64,000 nucleotides of DNA, taken from assembly GCA_028534125.1 (NCBI GenBank), contig CM052816.1, positions 17,238,001 to 17,302,000 on the forward strand. The letters run 5' to 3'. This document shows positions 50,751-62,689 of this stretch, piece by piece (the stretch's first letter is position 1; every line of letters begins with the position of its first letter). The notes beneath the pieces are model-generated. The model was not told the DNA's origin, searched no databases, and saw nothing but the letters and a program-made list of their open reading frames with translations. This DNA comes from Lama glama. Its lineage: Eukaryota. The position numbers were made by a program, and so were the translations under genes.

Positions 50751-52030
50751 AAAGACTGGGAGGTGGCATGCCGTGAAAGAAGGCCTAATATTTAGAGTTT
50801 ATATATTTTTATTTACAACATCTATAATTAATATTTTATGTGTATTGATTTATAGTTAAAACTCTGAAGACCAGTTCTACTTTCTTTCTTTTCTTTTTTT
50901 TTTTTAAATCATTAGAGTTGGGGTCAGTGGTTGGGGCAGATTTCCCCACTCTACTCTACTGTCTGTTACCTGTAAGGACAAGTAAAGGGTTTTCAGATCA
51001 GAGTTTATTGATGGCAAATATGTAATGAAGACCTACTGTGGACATGGCCCTCTGTTGGACAGGGTAAGCCATGTAAGAGTCCTCAGACACATGGTCCTTG
51101 CTCACCAGGAATGCCACTGTAACCTAGGATGAGGGGACTGGGTGGTTAAATGGGTGCTATGAAAAGGTAATCAAACAGAGGTCAGTATTCTATGTGCCAG
51201 TTGAGTTACAGGCCAGATATACTATAGCAGTTTAGGGAAGGCAGAGATCACTTAGGACTGAATATTCAAAAGGCTTCATAGAGGAGGCCAAACTTAAGTG
51301 GTCCTGTAAGAACAGATATTTAGATTATGATATTGCAGGAAAAAGAAGGGGGAATCTGTCTGTAGTAGATGGTTTATCTGCTCAGTACATAGTAAGAACT
51401 CAGTAAATATTTGAGTAAGTGAGAGAGAAGGCTAGCATTTAGATTCAGTCCATGTCAAGGAGGACCTCAAATACTGAGCAAGAATCATAACTTTATCCCC
51501 TAGACTGGTCTTTCACCTTTTTAACTACAGAGTCCTTTGAAAGGATATCTTACATGTCCATCCAATGTGAGTGCCTATTCTTGTGTTATGCTACAGGAAA
51601 GAACAAGGATCCTGCCTGGTCTGTACTTTCTCACCATATCTATTATTGGTGACCATTTGAATCTTAAATGTTGTTCACCTTGAATGTTACTGAAACTCTG
51701 GACATCTGAGCACTGATGAAGGTTCCTTTGTTCAGCAACCAGAGCTTCAGGTCTGGGAGAGGGGCATATATAAATCAATGTCAGCTGTGGAGAGAATTTG
51801 GTAGGCTTCGTGCCTCTTGACAGATCATGAAACCCTGAAGGCTAAATCACCTCAGCTGGGCTGGGTGGTAGTTCCTGAAGCCTGGCATGGTTTTAATAGG
51901 GCAGGCCTAGTTGGGGGATAAAGGGTAGGTCAAATCTGGAGCATCTTTGGCTCTTGGAGAAGTCAATCATTTTGTGCTTAGAGTAATGGCATTTACTGAT
52001 AAATGCTTTTCAGCAGAAAACATCTTGTGG

Positions 52031-52033
<3 letters not shown>

Positions 52034-52068
<35 letters not shown>
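52034..52068. repeat. (TG)n microsatellite
   Basis: Read directly. Confidence 0.95.
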
Positions 52069-52072
<4 letters not shown>

Positions 52073-52944
52073 AACTATATTGTTGCAGGGTGTAAGCTCT
52101 AGTGGAAATAGCTTGGGCTTTAAGTCACATATACCTGAGCTCAGATGCTGTCTCTGTCACTTGTTATCTGTATGACCTTGTACCAGATTCTGAATTTTTT
52201 GAGTCCTCAGACCCTCTCTTTCCTTAACTTCCTGCTTTCTGGAGGGTCAACAAGTTGCCAAGTAGCTTCTACCTTCCAGAAACCAGGAACCCAGAATCTC
52301 CTCCAGACTTGCCGAATCTTCACAGAGGAGCAAAGTAGGGGGAAGAAAAGAGATCTTGGGTTCCTTCTCTAATCAAACCTTGCTGCTGCATGAAGGGTGG
52401 AAAAGACTTTGGTTGGAAGGAGGAAACTATGTGTCCTTTTTCTAGCCAGCTCGATGGTCATCAGCAAGTCATTCTTTGAGGAAAGCTTTAGTGTGAATTG
52501 CATTTTGTTGAACTTTAATCCTGATAATAGGCAATCTCTATTTGAGGCCTTTTGGTAAACACAAGATTGTGTTAACACAGATGCATCATTATTGGACCAT
52601 TCTGGAAGGCTGGAAAGTGCCAAGAGCAACACACAAGGAAGAGCAAGCTTCCCTGTTTACTAGCCACAGTGGAGATTGTTGTCAGTGCTTCCAAAATGGT
52701 TCTGTTTGGTCTACATCTGTTCCATGTATGTAAAATGGGCCTAATAACATCTGTCCCCTGGACTTTTATGAGCTCTAATCTTATTAGTTCCCTGTCAAAA
52801 ATCTTCCCTGATCGATACTAGATTATATTTTCTTTTCCTGGCTTTTAAGTCTCTCTACAATTTGAAGACACTTATAATGAACTATTTGTGCAGTGTTTTG
52901 CAGTTTCTGTATTTACTCCAGGAATGCAAAGTATAGTTTAGTGT

Positions 52945-54290
52945 TAGAAAATGTATGTGTCATATACCACATTAAATGATTAAAGGGAAAAATCCATATG
53001 ATCATCTCATTAGATCCACAAAAACGTTGGATAAATTTCAGTATAACTTTATGATTAAAAAAAAATACAAGGGAGTTGTCCTACTTTGATAAAGGGCATC
53101 TACAAAAATCCTAAAATAAACATACACAATGGGGAAACATTAGAAATACGTTTTTAAAAAAAATCAGGAAGATCTCAAGAATATTTATTAGCATACTTTA
53201 TGTTCAGCATTCTGTGGGCCAGTGCAAAATTTCTTTCAGAAATACAAAGTAGAAGGCGGAGAGTATAGTTCAACAGTAGAGTGTGTGCCTATCATGCACG
53301 AGGTCCTGGGTTCAAGCCCCAGTACCTCCATTAAAATAAATAAATACCTAATTACCACCCCCACCAAAAATTAAAAAAAAAAAAGAAATTAGAGGCCTAA
53401 GAAGTGGAAGGAAGAGAGAACTCTTGGCGTTATATGCAGGTAATATGATTGTTATACATAGAACATCTAGCTGACTCTTCAGACAAATATAGTTAGAAAT
53501 AATAGGAACGTTTGATAAGGCGGCATGGTATAAAATCAATGCTTATAAACCATAAGAATCAGAAAACAAAACAAAGAAAGACACCATTGCTATGATAAAA
53601 TAGCAACAAAATTATATGATACTTAATAAATTTAATCAAATATGTGTAAGATCTTCATACAGAAAAATATGAAAGTTTGAATGACACTAAAGGAGACCTA
53701 AATAAATGGAGAGATAGTCCATGCTTATGGGTAAGAAGGCATAGAAAGATGTCAGTTTTATCCAAATTGATCTATAAATTCAATGTAATTTCTATCAGAG
53801 TTCCCTAAGAGTCTTCATGGAACTTGTACTAAAATTTATATAAAAGAGTAAAGAAACGAGAATAGCCAAGACACATCTGAAGTATAGTCATAGGATAGGG
53901 GACTTGCCCTATCAGATATTAGGCCTTATTATGAAGCTACAGAAGTAATGTGGTTCCTGGTACAGAGACAGATAAACTGACCAATAGAATAGGTCAGAGT
54001 CCTGAAATAGATCCCTGTATATTTGGAACTTCGATATATGACTAAATGTGGCATAACAGGTGAATTGGAAAAAGCAGAAGTATTCAATAAGTGGAACTTA
54101 TGGGAAAAATTAGATCCATATTTCATATAGTGCCATAAAAACCAACAGATAAAATAAGGGCTTAAATATCAAAAGCAAAATATTAAACTTTTGCTATAAA
54201 ATAGAAATTTATATTGTCTGGCATGGAGTAGGGATGGACACTTAACTATAAAAGAAATTATGCTTGCAGGATTTTTAATGTGAAGTTTTT
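52945..54290 (+). mobile_element. Old, highly degenerate L1 ORF2 fragment
   Basis: 'aaaaatccatatgatcatctcattagat', 'gacctaaataaatggagagatagtccatgcttatgg' and 'ccaaattgatctataaattcaatg'. Confidence 0.8.
53255..53383 (+). mobile_element. tRNA-derived SINE (camelid Vic-1-like)
   Basis: 'ggagagtatagttcaacagtagagtgtgtgcctatcatgcacgaggtcctgggttcaagccccagtacctcc' has degenerate A/B boxes, followed by (AAAT)n, 'cctaattacc' and an A tail. Confidence 0.8.
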
Positions 54291-55425
54291 CATCTTTACT
54301 GGGTGCTCCCCACCTTGATAACATTCTCTTGTTTGAGATTTTCTTCACCTTTTCAAGCACATGACTCTAATCATCTGCATCTCTTGATATTTATCCTTCG
54401 GTGCTCAGCTAACTTCTTTGCACTCAGAATCTAGACGGTCCCAAAGTTCAGATGTCTGTGGCTGACGTTTGCATGCTGAAGTGAAAGTGGGAAGGAAACC
54501 AAAAGAGGAATCTTTTGTGGTCAGACAAGCTGTGGGTCTGGCATGCTGGCTGTATGGAATGTTCCAAGAGTTACACATCCCAGAGTGAGATCTGTAGAGA
54601 CTCTCAGGTCCCTAGAACTTTCTCTTAACTTCAGCAGCCCCTGTCTTGAGCCAGTTTGAAAGGCTAGGTGTTAGCATCAACAGAGGCCCACTAGGGAAAG
54701 ACAAGGGAAACTACTGTCAGTGTCTTGAGAGTTACAGTGAATTGTGGGGCTCCAAATCTTCATAAGTGGAGAAGGTTCTCTTTTTCTCTAGCGAAGCAAA
54801 GCTTATCCTGATCCAAACAGTGGTTACTCCAAGGTCCCAGACTTGACCTGGAACTGATTAGTTTTATCACTTTGGGGAGAAAGTCCTTTCCTTGCTCATC
54901 TTTTTTTGATTCTTCTTTCCCACACCACCACCACACTGAGATGTTACTCAGGTGTAACTGGGCATCTAGCTGGCATCCCATAGGAATTGGGTGTTTTGTC
55001 TAAGGTATAGAGGGTTTTGAGATGATGAGTGACTCTTGCCAGTTACCACCTGCTCGTTTAGCCCATAGATAGTCTTTCTTTTTATAACAACTACAATCCC
55101 TTATCTTTCTATGGGATTATGGTTTCCCAAAAGCTTTGTGCCTCTGCTCTCCAGGCTGTAGCCAGTGTGTCTTTCTAAAGCACAAATGTGTTCACCTGCT
55201 TCCTGCTCTACTTCTTTGCTTCTCATTGTTTTAGAATCTAGTCCAAACTCCTTAGCTTTGTTAACATGACACTTACAAGACTGCTCAGCCCTCTAGCCTT
55301 TTCTCATGACTCTCCTTTAGTTTTGCTGAACTTCCAGTACTTTGAACACACTTTGTTCACATTGTTTCCTCTGCTGGAATACTCTCCATCTTCCTTTTTC
55401 ATCTAGCTAATTTCTGCCCTTCTTT

Positions 55426-55587
55426 TCTTCTTTTTTATAAGGAATTCTTTTTTTTTTCATTTATTGTTTTTTTGGGGGGGGGTGGTAATTAGGTTTGTTT
55501 GTTTGCTTATGGAGAGACTGGGGATTGAACCCAAGACCTCCTGCATGCTAAGCATGCATGCTTCCACTGAGCTATAGCCTCCTTCCC
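55426..55587 (-). mobile_element. tRNA-derived SINE (camelid Vic-1-like)
   Basis: Minus strand reads '...tatagctcagtggaagcatgcatgcttagcatgcaggaggtcttgggttcaatccccagt' (A box TAGCTCAGTGG, B box GGTTCAATCC). TSD tgcccttcttt (55415-55425) / tgctcttcttt (55588-55598). Confidence 0.85.
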
Positions 55588-56172
55588 TGCTCTTCTTTAA
55601 GATTTTTGTTCTTCCTCAGCTTCTAGGAAGTTTTTCCTTAGCCTGCCAGTACTGAGATAGTTGCTTGTCCCCTGTGCTTCTATAACTCCAATCAAATCAT
55701 AATAGTTACGATATGATGTTTCATTGTTTACTTAGCTTTCTCCTTCCCTGAACTTTTAAGTCAGGTCTATGCATTATTTATTGTTGTGTTTCCCATAAAT
55801 TGAAATACAGAGCTTGGCACATAGTAGGCTCCATTAAATGTTTGTGCAGTGAGTGTTGTCATGTTTAGTCTCCCCTCTCCCACCTGAGCCTTTTAGAGAT
55901 GGAGAGATGGAGGATAAGAACCACCCACAGAGTCACACCAGTGCTTGGTGGAGGAAGCTGAGCTAGGATCTGAGAGATGCACTTTACATTGGAAGATCCT
56001 GATGAAATTCCTGACCCAGTGATTTCCCTTCTCGCTGGGTGTGTGGTAAAGAGAACAGGCTGACAGGGATGCCCTGGTGGGTGGGCAAATGTGTGGACTT
56101 GTGGCAGTAGGATGAATGAGTTTACCAACATGTGATCTTCTCTTTCCCCTCCCACTCCCTCCCTGTTCACAG

Positions 56173-56292
56173 CATCAAGCCGAGCTCCCAGCCCCCGATA
56201 CAAGCTGGGGATGATGAAAAGAACCAGAGGACGATCACTGTCAACCCTGCCCACATGGGAAAGGCGTTCAAGGTTATGAATGAACTGCGGAG
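56173..56292 (+). CDS. KLHL3: Kelch-like protein 3, coding exon 2 (120 nt)
   Basis: Polypyrimidine tract plus CAG acceptor (56170-56172) and donor AG|GTACT at 56293. Encodes (S)IKPSSQPPIQAGDDEKNQRTITVNPAHMGKAFKVMNELR(S), the segment just before the KLHL3 BTB domain. Confidence 0.95.
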
Positions 56293-57815
56293 GTACTTTT
56301 CCTATTTTGCCTGTGCCCTTTTGGAAGGAACTTGCTGGGTGAGCGTCATCAGGGACTGAGAACAGAAGTCAGAACACCACCACCTAGTGAAGTCTGACTC
56401 TTCCCCACCCACTCTCAGACAGTCATTTGGCTTCCCTTTTCAAACCCTGATAGAGACAGACTGGCTTTCCAAAGCCTCACTCTTTCCTTTGTATTTATTT
56501 AACACCTGTTATTTTAGTGCTTAATCACGGGGGGAAAGTTCTTTATGGTTACAGCAGTTCTGTTCATAAACTTGATTTCCAACCGAACCAGCTGCTTGAA
56601 GGTCAATAATAGAATGATTGCAACACCTACACAGAATTGCAGTTTAAGACTGCGGACGCCATGCATTTTCTTTTGGCCTCTCTCTCTCATTCTTTGGTCT
56701 GAATTTTGTCTTTGTCAAGACAGCCACATGAATGGAACAATACCTAGCTTCTAAAACGCAGTTTAGCTCTATAAAGAAAGCAATGAAATGCAAAAGCACT
56801 CCTCCTCACTGAGCTCAATGGTGAGGGGTGTGCAGGCTATTTGTAAGGCCAATGTACATGTTTGATGAGCTTATTGCAAGACACGTTCAGTGCACCAAAC
56901 AAGTTTTTCTGTACGAAGGCTGTGCATACAATCTCTTCTTTACCAGAAAGCTCAGAAGCTTCCTTTGCCTGTGCCATTATGTACTGCATATTTCATCCTA
57001 TCATGAGCTGTAACTGTTTATCTCCTCTTTTCTCTGTAGTTCATGAGGTCCCTGAGGGCAGGAGCAACTTCTGAATCATTTTGATCTTTAGCACTTGGTA
57101 CTTCATAGGAGCTTCAAGTCACTCACCAAAGATACCCAGATGCAGTGACTAGGCTCTGGGATGGGTGGGGGTACAGGGTAAAAAAATGAAGATAGGTCAA
57201 TGAAAATGATCTTCCTGCGGTGCAAGTAGGTGTTATGAAGGAGGACTGCATCAGGTGCCTGCCAGGTGGTAGGTATATGATAATTATTAATTTCTTAAAG
57301 GGTGTCCTGAAAGCAAGCATGTCAAACTGCAGCTTTGGAGAACACTTCCTAAAGGGGAAGATGCTTGAGCTAAATTTTGAAGGACAGGTAAGAGCTAAAG
57401 AAATAAAAAATAGTAGAGTTGGGGGAAGTCCTCGAGGCAGAGAGGTTGGCAAGAGCAAAAGCACTCTATAGCTGAAGATGTGTTTGTTGGGTAGGGGATT
57501 GAACAACTTGTAAACAAAAATTCTATATTCGTTTCCTCACTTCTCCTTTCTGCAGGGCCTAGTCTTTGGCATTTAAAACCAAGTTAAATTAAATTTGTCT
57601 TGCACCCCACAGCTCCATTTTTATTAGGCCTCCTGCCAGATTTCCTAGAAGCTCCATCCATAGTTGTCTTAGGCAGTGGGCAGTGCTAGTTCATGCCTAA
57701 TGTTCTTTTGTCAGTAACGAGTTTGTGTGGTGTTCCCTAGACACTATTAAAGTTCCTCATTTAGTTCCCTTGAGTATGGCTTGTGTCCTTTGTCTGATTT
57801 AAGACGCCAGGTCTC

Positions 57816-60322
57816 CTAACAGCCTCACTTTACACATCAAAGAATTAGAAAAAGAAGATCAAACTAAGCTCAAAGTTAGCAGAAGGAAGGAAATAATAAA
57901 GATTAGAGCAGAGATAAATGAAATAGAGACTAGAAAGACAACAGGAAAAAAAAACAATGAAATTAAGAGTTGGCTTTTTTGAAAAGATAAACAAAATTGA
58001 CAAACCTTTAGCTAGACTAACCAAGATCAAAATTATAAATGAAAGAGGAGACATTACAACTTACCTCAGAAATACAAATGATTATAAGAGGCCACTATGA
58101 ACAACAAATTGCCAACAAATTGGATAACTCAGAAGAAATGGATAAATTCCTTGAAACATACAAACTACTAAGACTGAATTAAGAAGCAGAAAATTTGAAT
58201 AGACCAATAATGATTAAGAATAGTGAAGCAGTAATTAAAAAAAAATCTCCTAACAAAGAAAAGCCCATGACCAGATGATTTCACTGGTGATTTCTACCAA
58301 ACATTCAGAGAAGAATAAATATCAGTCTTTCTCAAGCTCTCCCAAAAACTTGAAGAGGAGGAAACACTCCCAAACTCATTTTAACAAGGCCAGCATTACC
58401 CTGATACCAAAGCCAGATAAGCATGCTACAAGAAAACTATAGGCCAATATTCCTGATAAATATTGATATAAAAATTCTCAACACAATACTAGCAAGCAGT
58501 CTATGTATGATCTGGTACGATATGATCTGGTAAAAGGACCATAAACCATGATTAAATGGGATTTATCCTTGGGATGCAAGGGTGCTTCAAGATAATCAAA
58601 TCAATAAATGTGATGCATCATGTTAATAGAATGGAGGATAAAAATCATAGGATCCCTTCAATGGATGCAGAAAAAGTGTTTGACAAAATTCAACATCCTT
58701 TCATGATAAAAACTCACAATAAATTGAGTACAGAAGAATCATACCTCAACATGATAAAAGCCCTGTGTGGCAAACCCACAGCTAATGCCATATTCAGTGG
58801 TGAAAGGCTGAAAGCTTTTCCTCTGAGCCCAGGAAGAAGACAAATGTGTCCACTTTCACTATTACTTTTGAACATAGTACTGCAAGTCCTAGCCAGAGCA
58901 ATCAGGCAAGACAAAGAAATAAAAGGTATCCCAATCAGAAAGAAAAATGATAGTCTTTCAATAAACAGTGTTAGAATAACTGGACATTCACATGCAAAAG
59001 AATGAATTGGACTCCTGTCTTACACTACTCAGAAAATTTAACTCAAAATGGATTAGAGACTTAATGTTAAGACCTAAAACCATAAAACTCTTAGGAAAAA
59101 ACAGAGAAAAAGCTCCTCTCATTGGTTTGGGCACTGGCTCTTTGGATATGACACCAAAAGCACAAAGCAAAAATAAACAAATGAGACTTCATCAAATTAA
59201 GAAGTTCCTGCACAGCAAAGAAAACCATCGACAAAATGAAAAGGCAGCATAAGAAAGGGAGAAATTACTGGCAACCCATAAATCTGTTATATCCCAAATA
59301 TGTAAGGAATGCATACAACTCAATAGAAAAACAGCAGTTAAAAAATGGTTAAAGGACTTGAATAAACATTTTTCCAAGGAAGACACCCAAATGACTAACA
59401 GGTGCATGAAAAGGTGCTGAACATCACTAGTCAGGAAAATGCAAATCAAAACCACAATGAGCTATCACCTCACACCTGTTAGAATGGCTGTTATGAGAAA
59501 ACAAACAAACAAACAAGAAAGCAAGAGATAACAAGTGCTGGCTAGGCCATGGAGAAAAGGGAACTCTTGTGCGCTGTTGGTAGGAATGTAAATTGATACA
59601 GCCACTAGATAGTATGAAGGTTCCTCAAAAAATTACAAATTCAACTACCATATAATCTAGCAATCCCCCTTCTGGGTATATATCTGAAGGAGGTGAAATC
59701 ACTGTCTCAAAGAGATATCTGCACTCTCATGTTCATTGCAGCATTATTCACAGTAGCCAAGATATAAACACAACCTAAGTGTTGGTCAGTGGATGAATGG
59801 ATAAAGAAGATATGGTATACATACACAATGGAATATTATTTAGCTATAAAAAAGAAGGAAATTCTGCCATTTGCTACAACATGGATGAACCTTGAGGGTA
59901 TTGTACTAACTTAAACATGTCAGAGAGAGACAAATACTATATGATCTCATTTATATGTGAAATCTAAAAAAGCAGAATTCACAGAAAGAGAGTAGATTAG
60001 TGGTTGTCAGGGGCTGGGGGTTGTGGGAAATGGGGAAATGTTGATCAAAGGGTACAGACTTCCAGTTATAAGATGAATCAGTTCTGGGGATCTAATGTAC
60101 AACATGGTGACTATAATTAGCAGTACTGTATTGTATACTTGAAAATGACTAAGATCATAAATGTTCTCAGCGCAAAGAAAAGGGTAACTATGTAAGATGA
60201 CAGATGTGTTAATTAACCTTATGTGGTAATCATTTCACAATATATATCAAATCATTCCATTGTACACCTTAAACTTGAACAGTGTCTTATGCCAATTATA
60301 GCTCAATAAAAACTGGGGGAAA
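57816..60322 (+). mobile_element. 5'-truncated L1 with internal deletion, in KLHL3 intron 2
   Basis: ORF2 remnants (58556-59005 '[16 protein letters not shown]'), then 3' UTR and AATAAA. 15-bp TSD aagacgccaggtctc (57801-57815) / aagactccaggtctc (60323-60337) after TT|AAGA. Confidence 0.92.
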
Positions 60323-60901
60323 AAGACTCCAGGTCTCTCAACAGACCTTACTTTGCCTGGTGTAGCCAATTCCAGTAATTGCTTAAAGGTATGGCATTAA
60401 AGAAATATATATGCACACAGAATTTCTCCCACCCTCACTTTCCATTATTAGCATTTTTCTTTTTCTTAAATCCCCCCCCCCCAAAAAAAAATCCTGCTAT
60501 GTCCTTGTTCCTTCTTTTTGCAAGTTACCGCATTTTTGCATCTTTCCCTAAAAGCACTGACTTGGATTTAACCTCCTCCGGCAGTCCTGCTGCTTCTCTT
60601 TTGTATAAATCAGCATTTGCCAAAGTCTGTTCTGAGGAGCATTTCCTCACAATGCTCTGTGAAACAAGAGCTCTGTACCAAAATGTGTTTAAAAATTCTG
60701 TGTAAAACTGCTATGCCCATCTTTGAGATTCATAATATACATAGGCATATTAAAACCTCTGAGAAGTCATACAGTGAACTTCTCTGAGGGTTTCCCACAT
60801 GTGTTTGAACCCTCTTTGGTTGTTGTTATGTATAGACAGTGTTTTGTGAAACTTGTTTTGGGAAACACTGTTCTTTTGCTGAAATTTAACTGAATAATCT
60901 A

Positions 60902-61504
60902 TGTATTAGGGTTTTCCAGAGAAACAGAACCAATTACATATATATATATATCTGTATCTATCTATTGTTATTATTATTATTTACATATGTCATTGGTTAT
61001 GTTTCTCTGGGAAACCAGCTATATAGGTAAAAGCAAATAAATAAGTGGAAGAGGAGATATATTTTTGGAATTGGCTCATGTGGTTATGGAGGCTGAGAAT
61101 TTTCACAGTCTGCTGTCTGCAAGCTGGAGAACCAGGCAAGCCAGTGGTATCATTCAGTCCAAGTCTGAAGGCCTGAGAAACAAGAGCCACTGGAGTAAGT
61201 CCTGCAGCCCAAAGGCCCAAGAACCAGAAGCTCTGATGTGCAAGGGCAGGAGAAGTTGGACAGTACAGCTCAAGAAGAGAAAGCGAGAATTTACCCTTCC
61301 TCCACCTTTTTTTCTGGTCAAGCCCTCTGTGAACTGGATGATCCTGACCTATGTTGGTGTAAGATCGTCTTTTCTCAGTCTACCAGTTTAAAGGCTAATC
61401 TCTTCTGGAGAAGCCTTCACAGACACATCCAGAAATAATATTTTACCAGCTTATCTGGGCCTCCTTTGGCCCAGTTAAGTTGACATATAAAGTTAACCAG
61501 CACA
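60902..61504 (-). mobile_element. ERVL solo LTR (MLT2-like)
   Basis: Runs from 'tgtattagggttttccagagaaacagaacc' to 'ggcccagttaagttgacatataaagttaaccagcaca'. Flanks atcta (60897-60901) and atct (61505-61508) form the TSD. Confidence 0.88.
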
Positions 61505-61507
61505 ATC

Positions 61508-61825
61508 TTTTTTTTTTTTAACATTTTTTATTGATTTATACTCATTTTACAATGTTGTGTCAAATTCCAGTGTTCAGCACAATTTTTCAGTCATTCATGG
61601 ACATAAACACACTCATTGTCACATACTTTTCTCTGTGATTTATCATAACATTTTGTGTATATTTCCCTGTGCTATACAGTGTAATCTTGTTTATCTATTC
61701 TACAATTTTGAAATCCCAGTCTATCCCTTCCCACCCTCTACCCCCCTGGTAACCACAAGTCTGTATTCTCTGTCCATGAGTCTATTTCTGTCCTGTATTT
61801 ATGCTTTGTTTTTGTTTGTTTGTTT
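61508..61825 (-). mobile_element. Young L1 3' end running into the gap
   Basis: Poly-T, then 'ttttattgatttatactcattttacaatgttgtgtcaaattccagtg'; ends in (TTTG)n at the gap. Confidence 0.8.
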
Positions 61826-62325
61826 NNNNNNNNNNNNNNNNNNNNNNNNNNNNNNNNNNNNNNNNNNNNNNNNNNNNNNNNNNNNNNNNNNNNNNNNNNN
61901 NNNNNNNNNNNNNNNNNNNNNNNNNNNNNNNNNNNNNNNNNNNNNNNNNNNNNNNNNNNNNNNNNNNNNNNNNNNNNNNNNNNNNNNNNNNNNNNNNNNN
62001 NNNNNNNNNNNNNNNNNNNNNNNNNNNNNNNNNNNNNNNNNNNNNNNNNNNNNNNNNNNNNNNNNNNNNNNNNNNNNNNNNNNNNNNNNNNNNNNNNNNN
62101 NNNNNNNNNNNNNNNNNNNNNNNNNNNNNNNNNNNNNNNNNNNNNNNNNNNNNNNNNNNNNNNNNNNNNNNNNNNNNNNNNNNNNNNNNNNNNNNNNNNN
62201 NNNNNNNNNNNNNNNNNNNNNNNNNNNNNNNNNNNNNNNNNNNNNNNNNNNNNNNNNNNNNNNNNNNNNNNNNNNNNNNNNNNNNNNNNNNNNNNNNNNN
62301 NNNNNNNNNNNNNNNNNNNNNNNNN
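61826..62325. other. Assembly gap (500 N)
   Basis: Run of N; the ORFs spanning it are artefacts. Confidence 1.
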
Positions 62326-62664
62326 AAAAAACAAAAACAAACAAACAAACAAAAACAAAGCATAAATACAGGACAGAAATAGACTCATGGACAGAGAATA
62401 CAGACTTGTGGTTACCAGGGGGGTAGAGGGTGGGAAGGGATAGACTGGGATTTCAAAATTGTAGAATAGATAAACAAGATTACACTGTATAGCACAGGGA
62501 AATATACACAAAATGTTATGATAAGTCACAGAGAAAAAAATATGACAATGAGTGTGTTTATTATGTCCATGAATAACTGAAAAATTGTGCTGAACACTGG
62601 AATTTGACACAACATTGTAAAATGAGTATAAATCAATAAAAAATATTAAAAAATGTTAAAAAAA
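62326..62664 (+). mobile_element. Young L1 3' end emerging from the gap (near reverse complement of 61508-61825)
   Basis: (AAAC)n, then 'gcataaatacaggacagaaatagactc...tttgacacaacattgtaaaatgagtataaatcaataaaaaa'. Confidence 0.8.
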
Positions 62665-62689
62665 TAACTCACTGTATGGATATACAGAT

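Noticed and set aside
55520..55587. tRNA gene
   Set aside because: The A/B boxes belong to a SINE with a tail and TSD; no intact cloverleaf is evident.
61557..62610. ~290 aa ORFs on both strands
   Set aside because: They read through the N gap and L1 UTR sequence.
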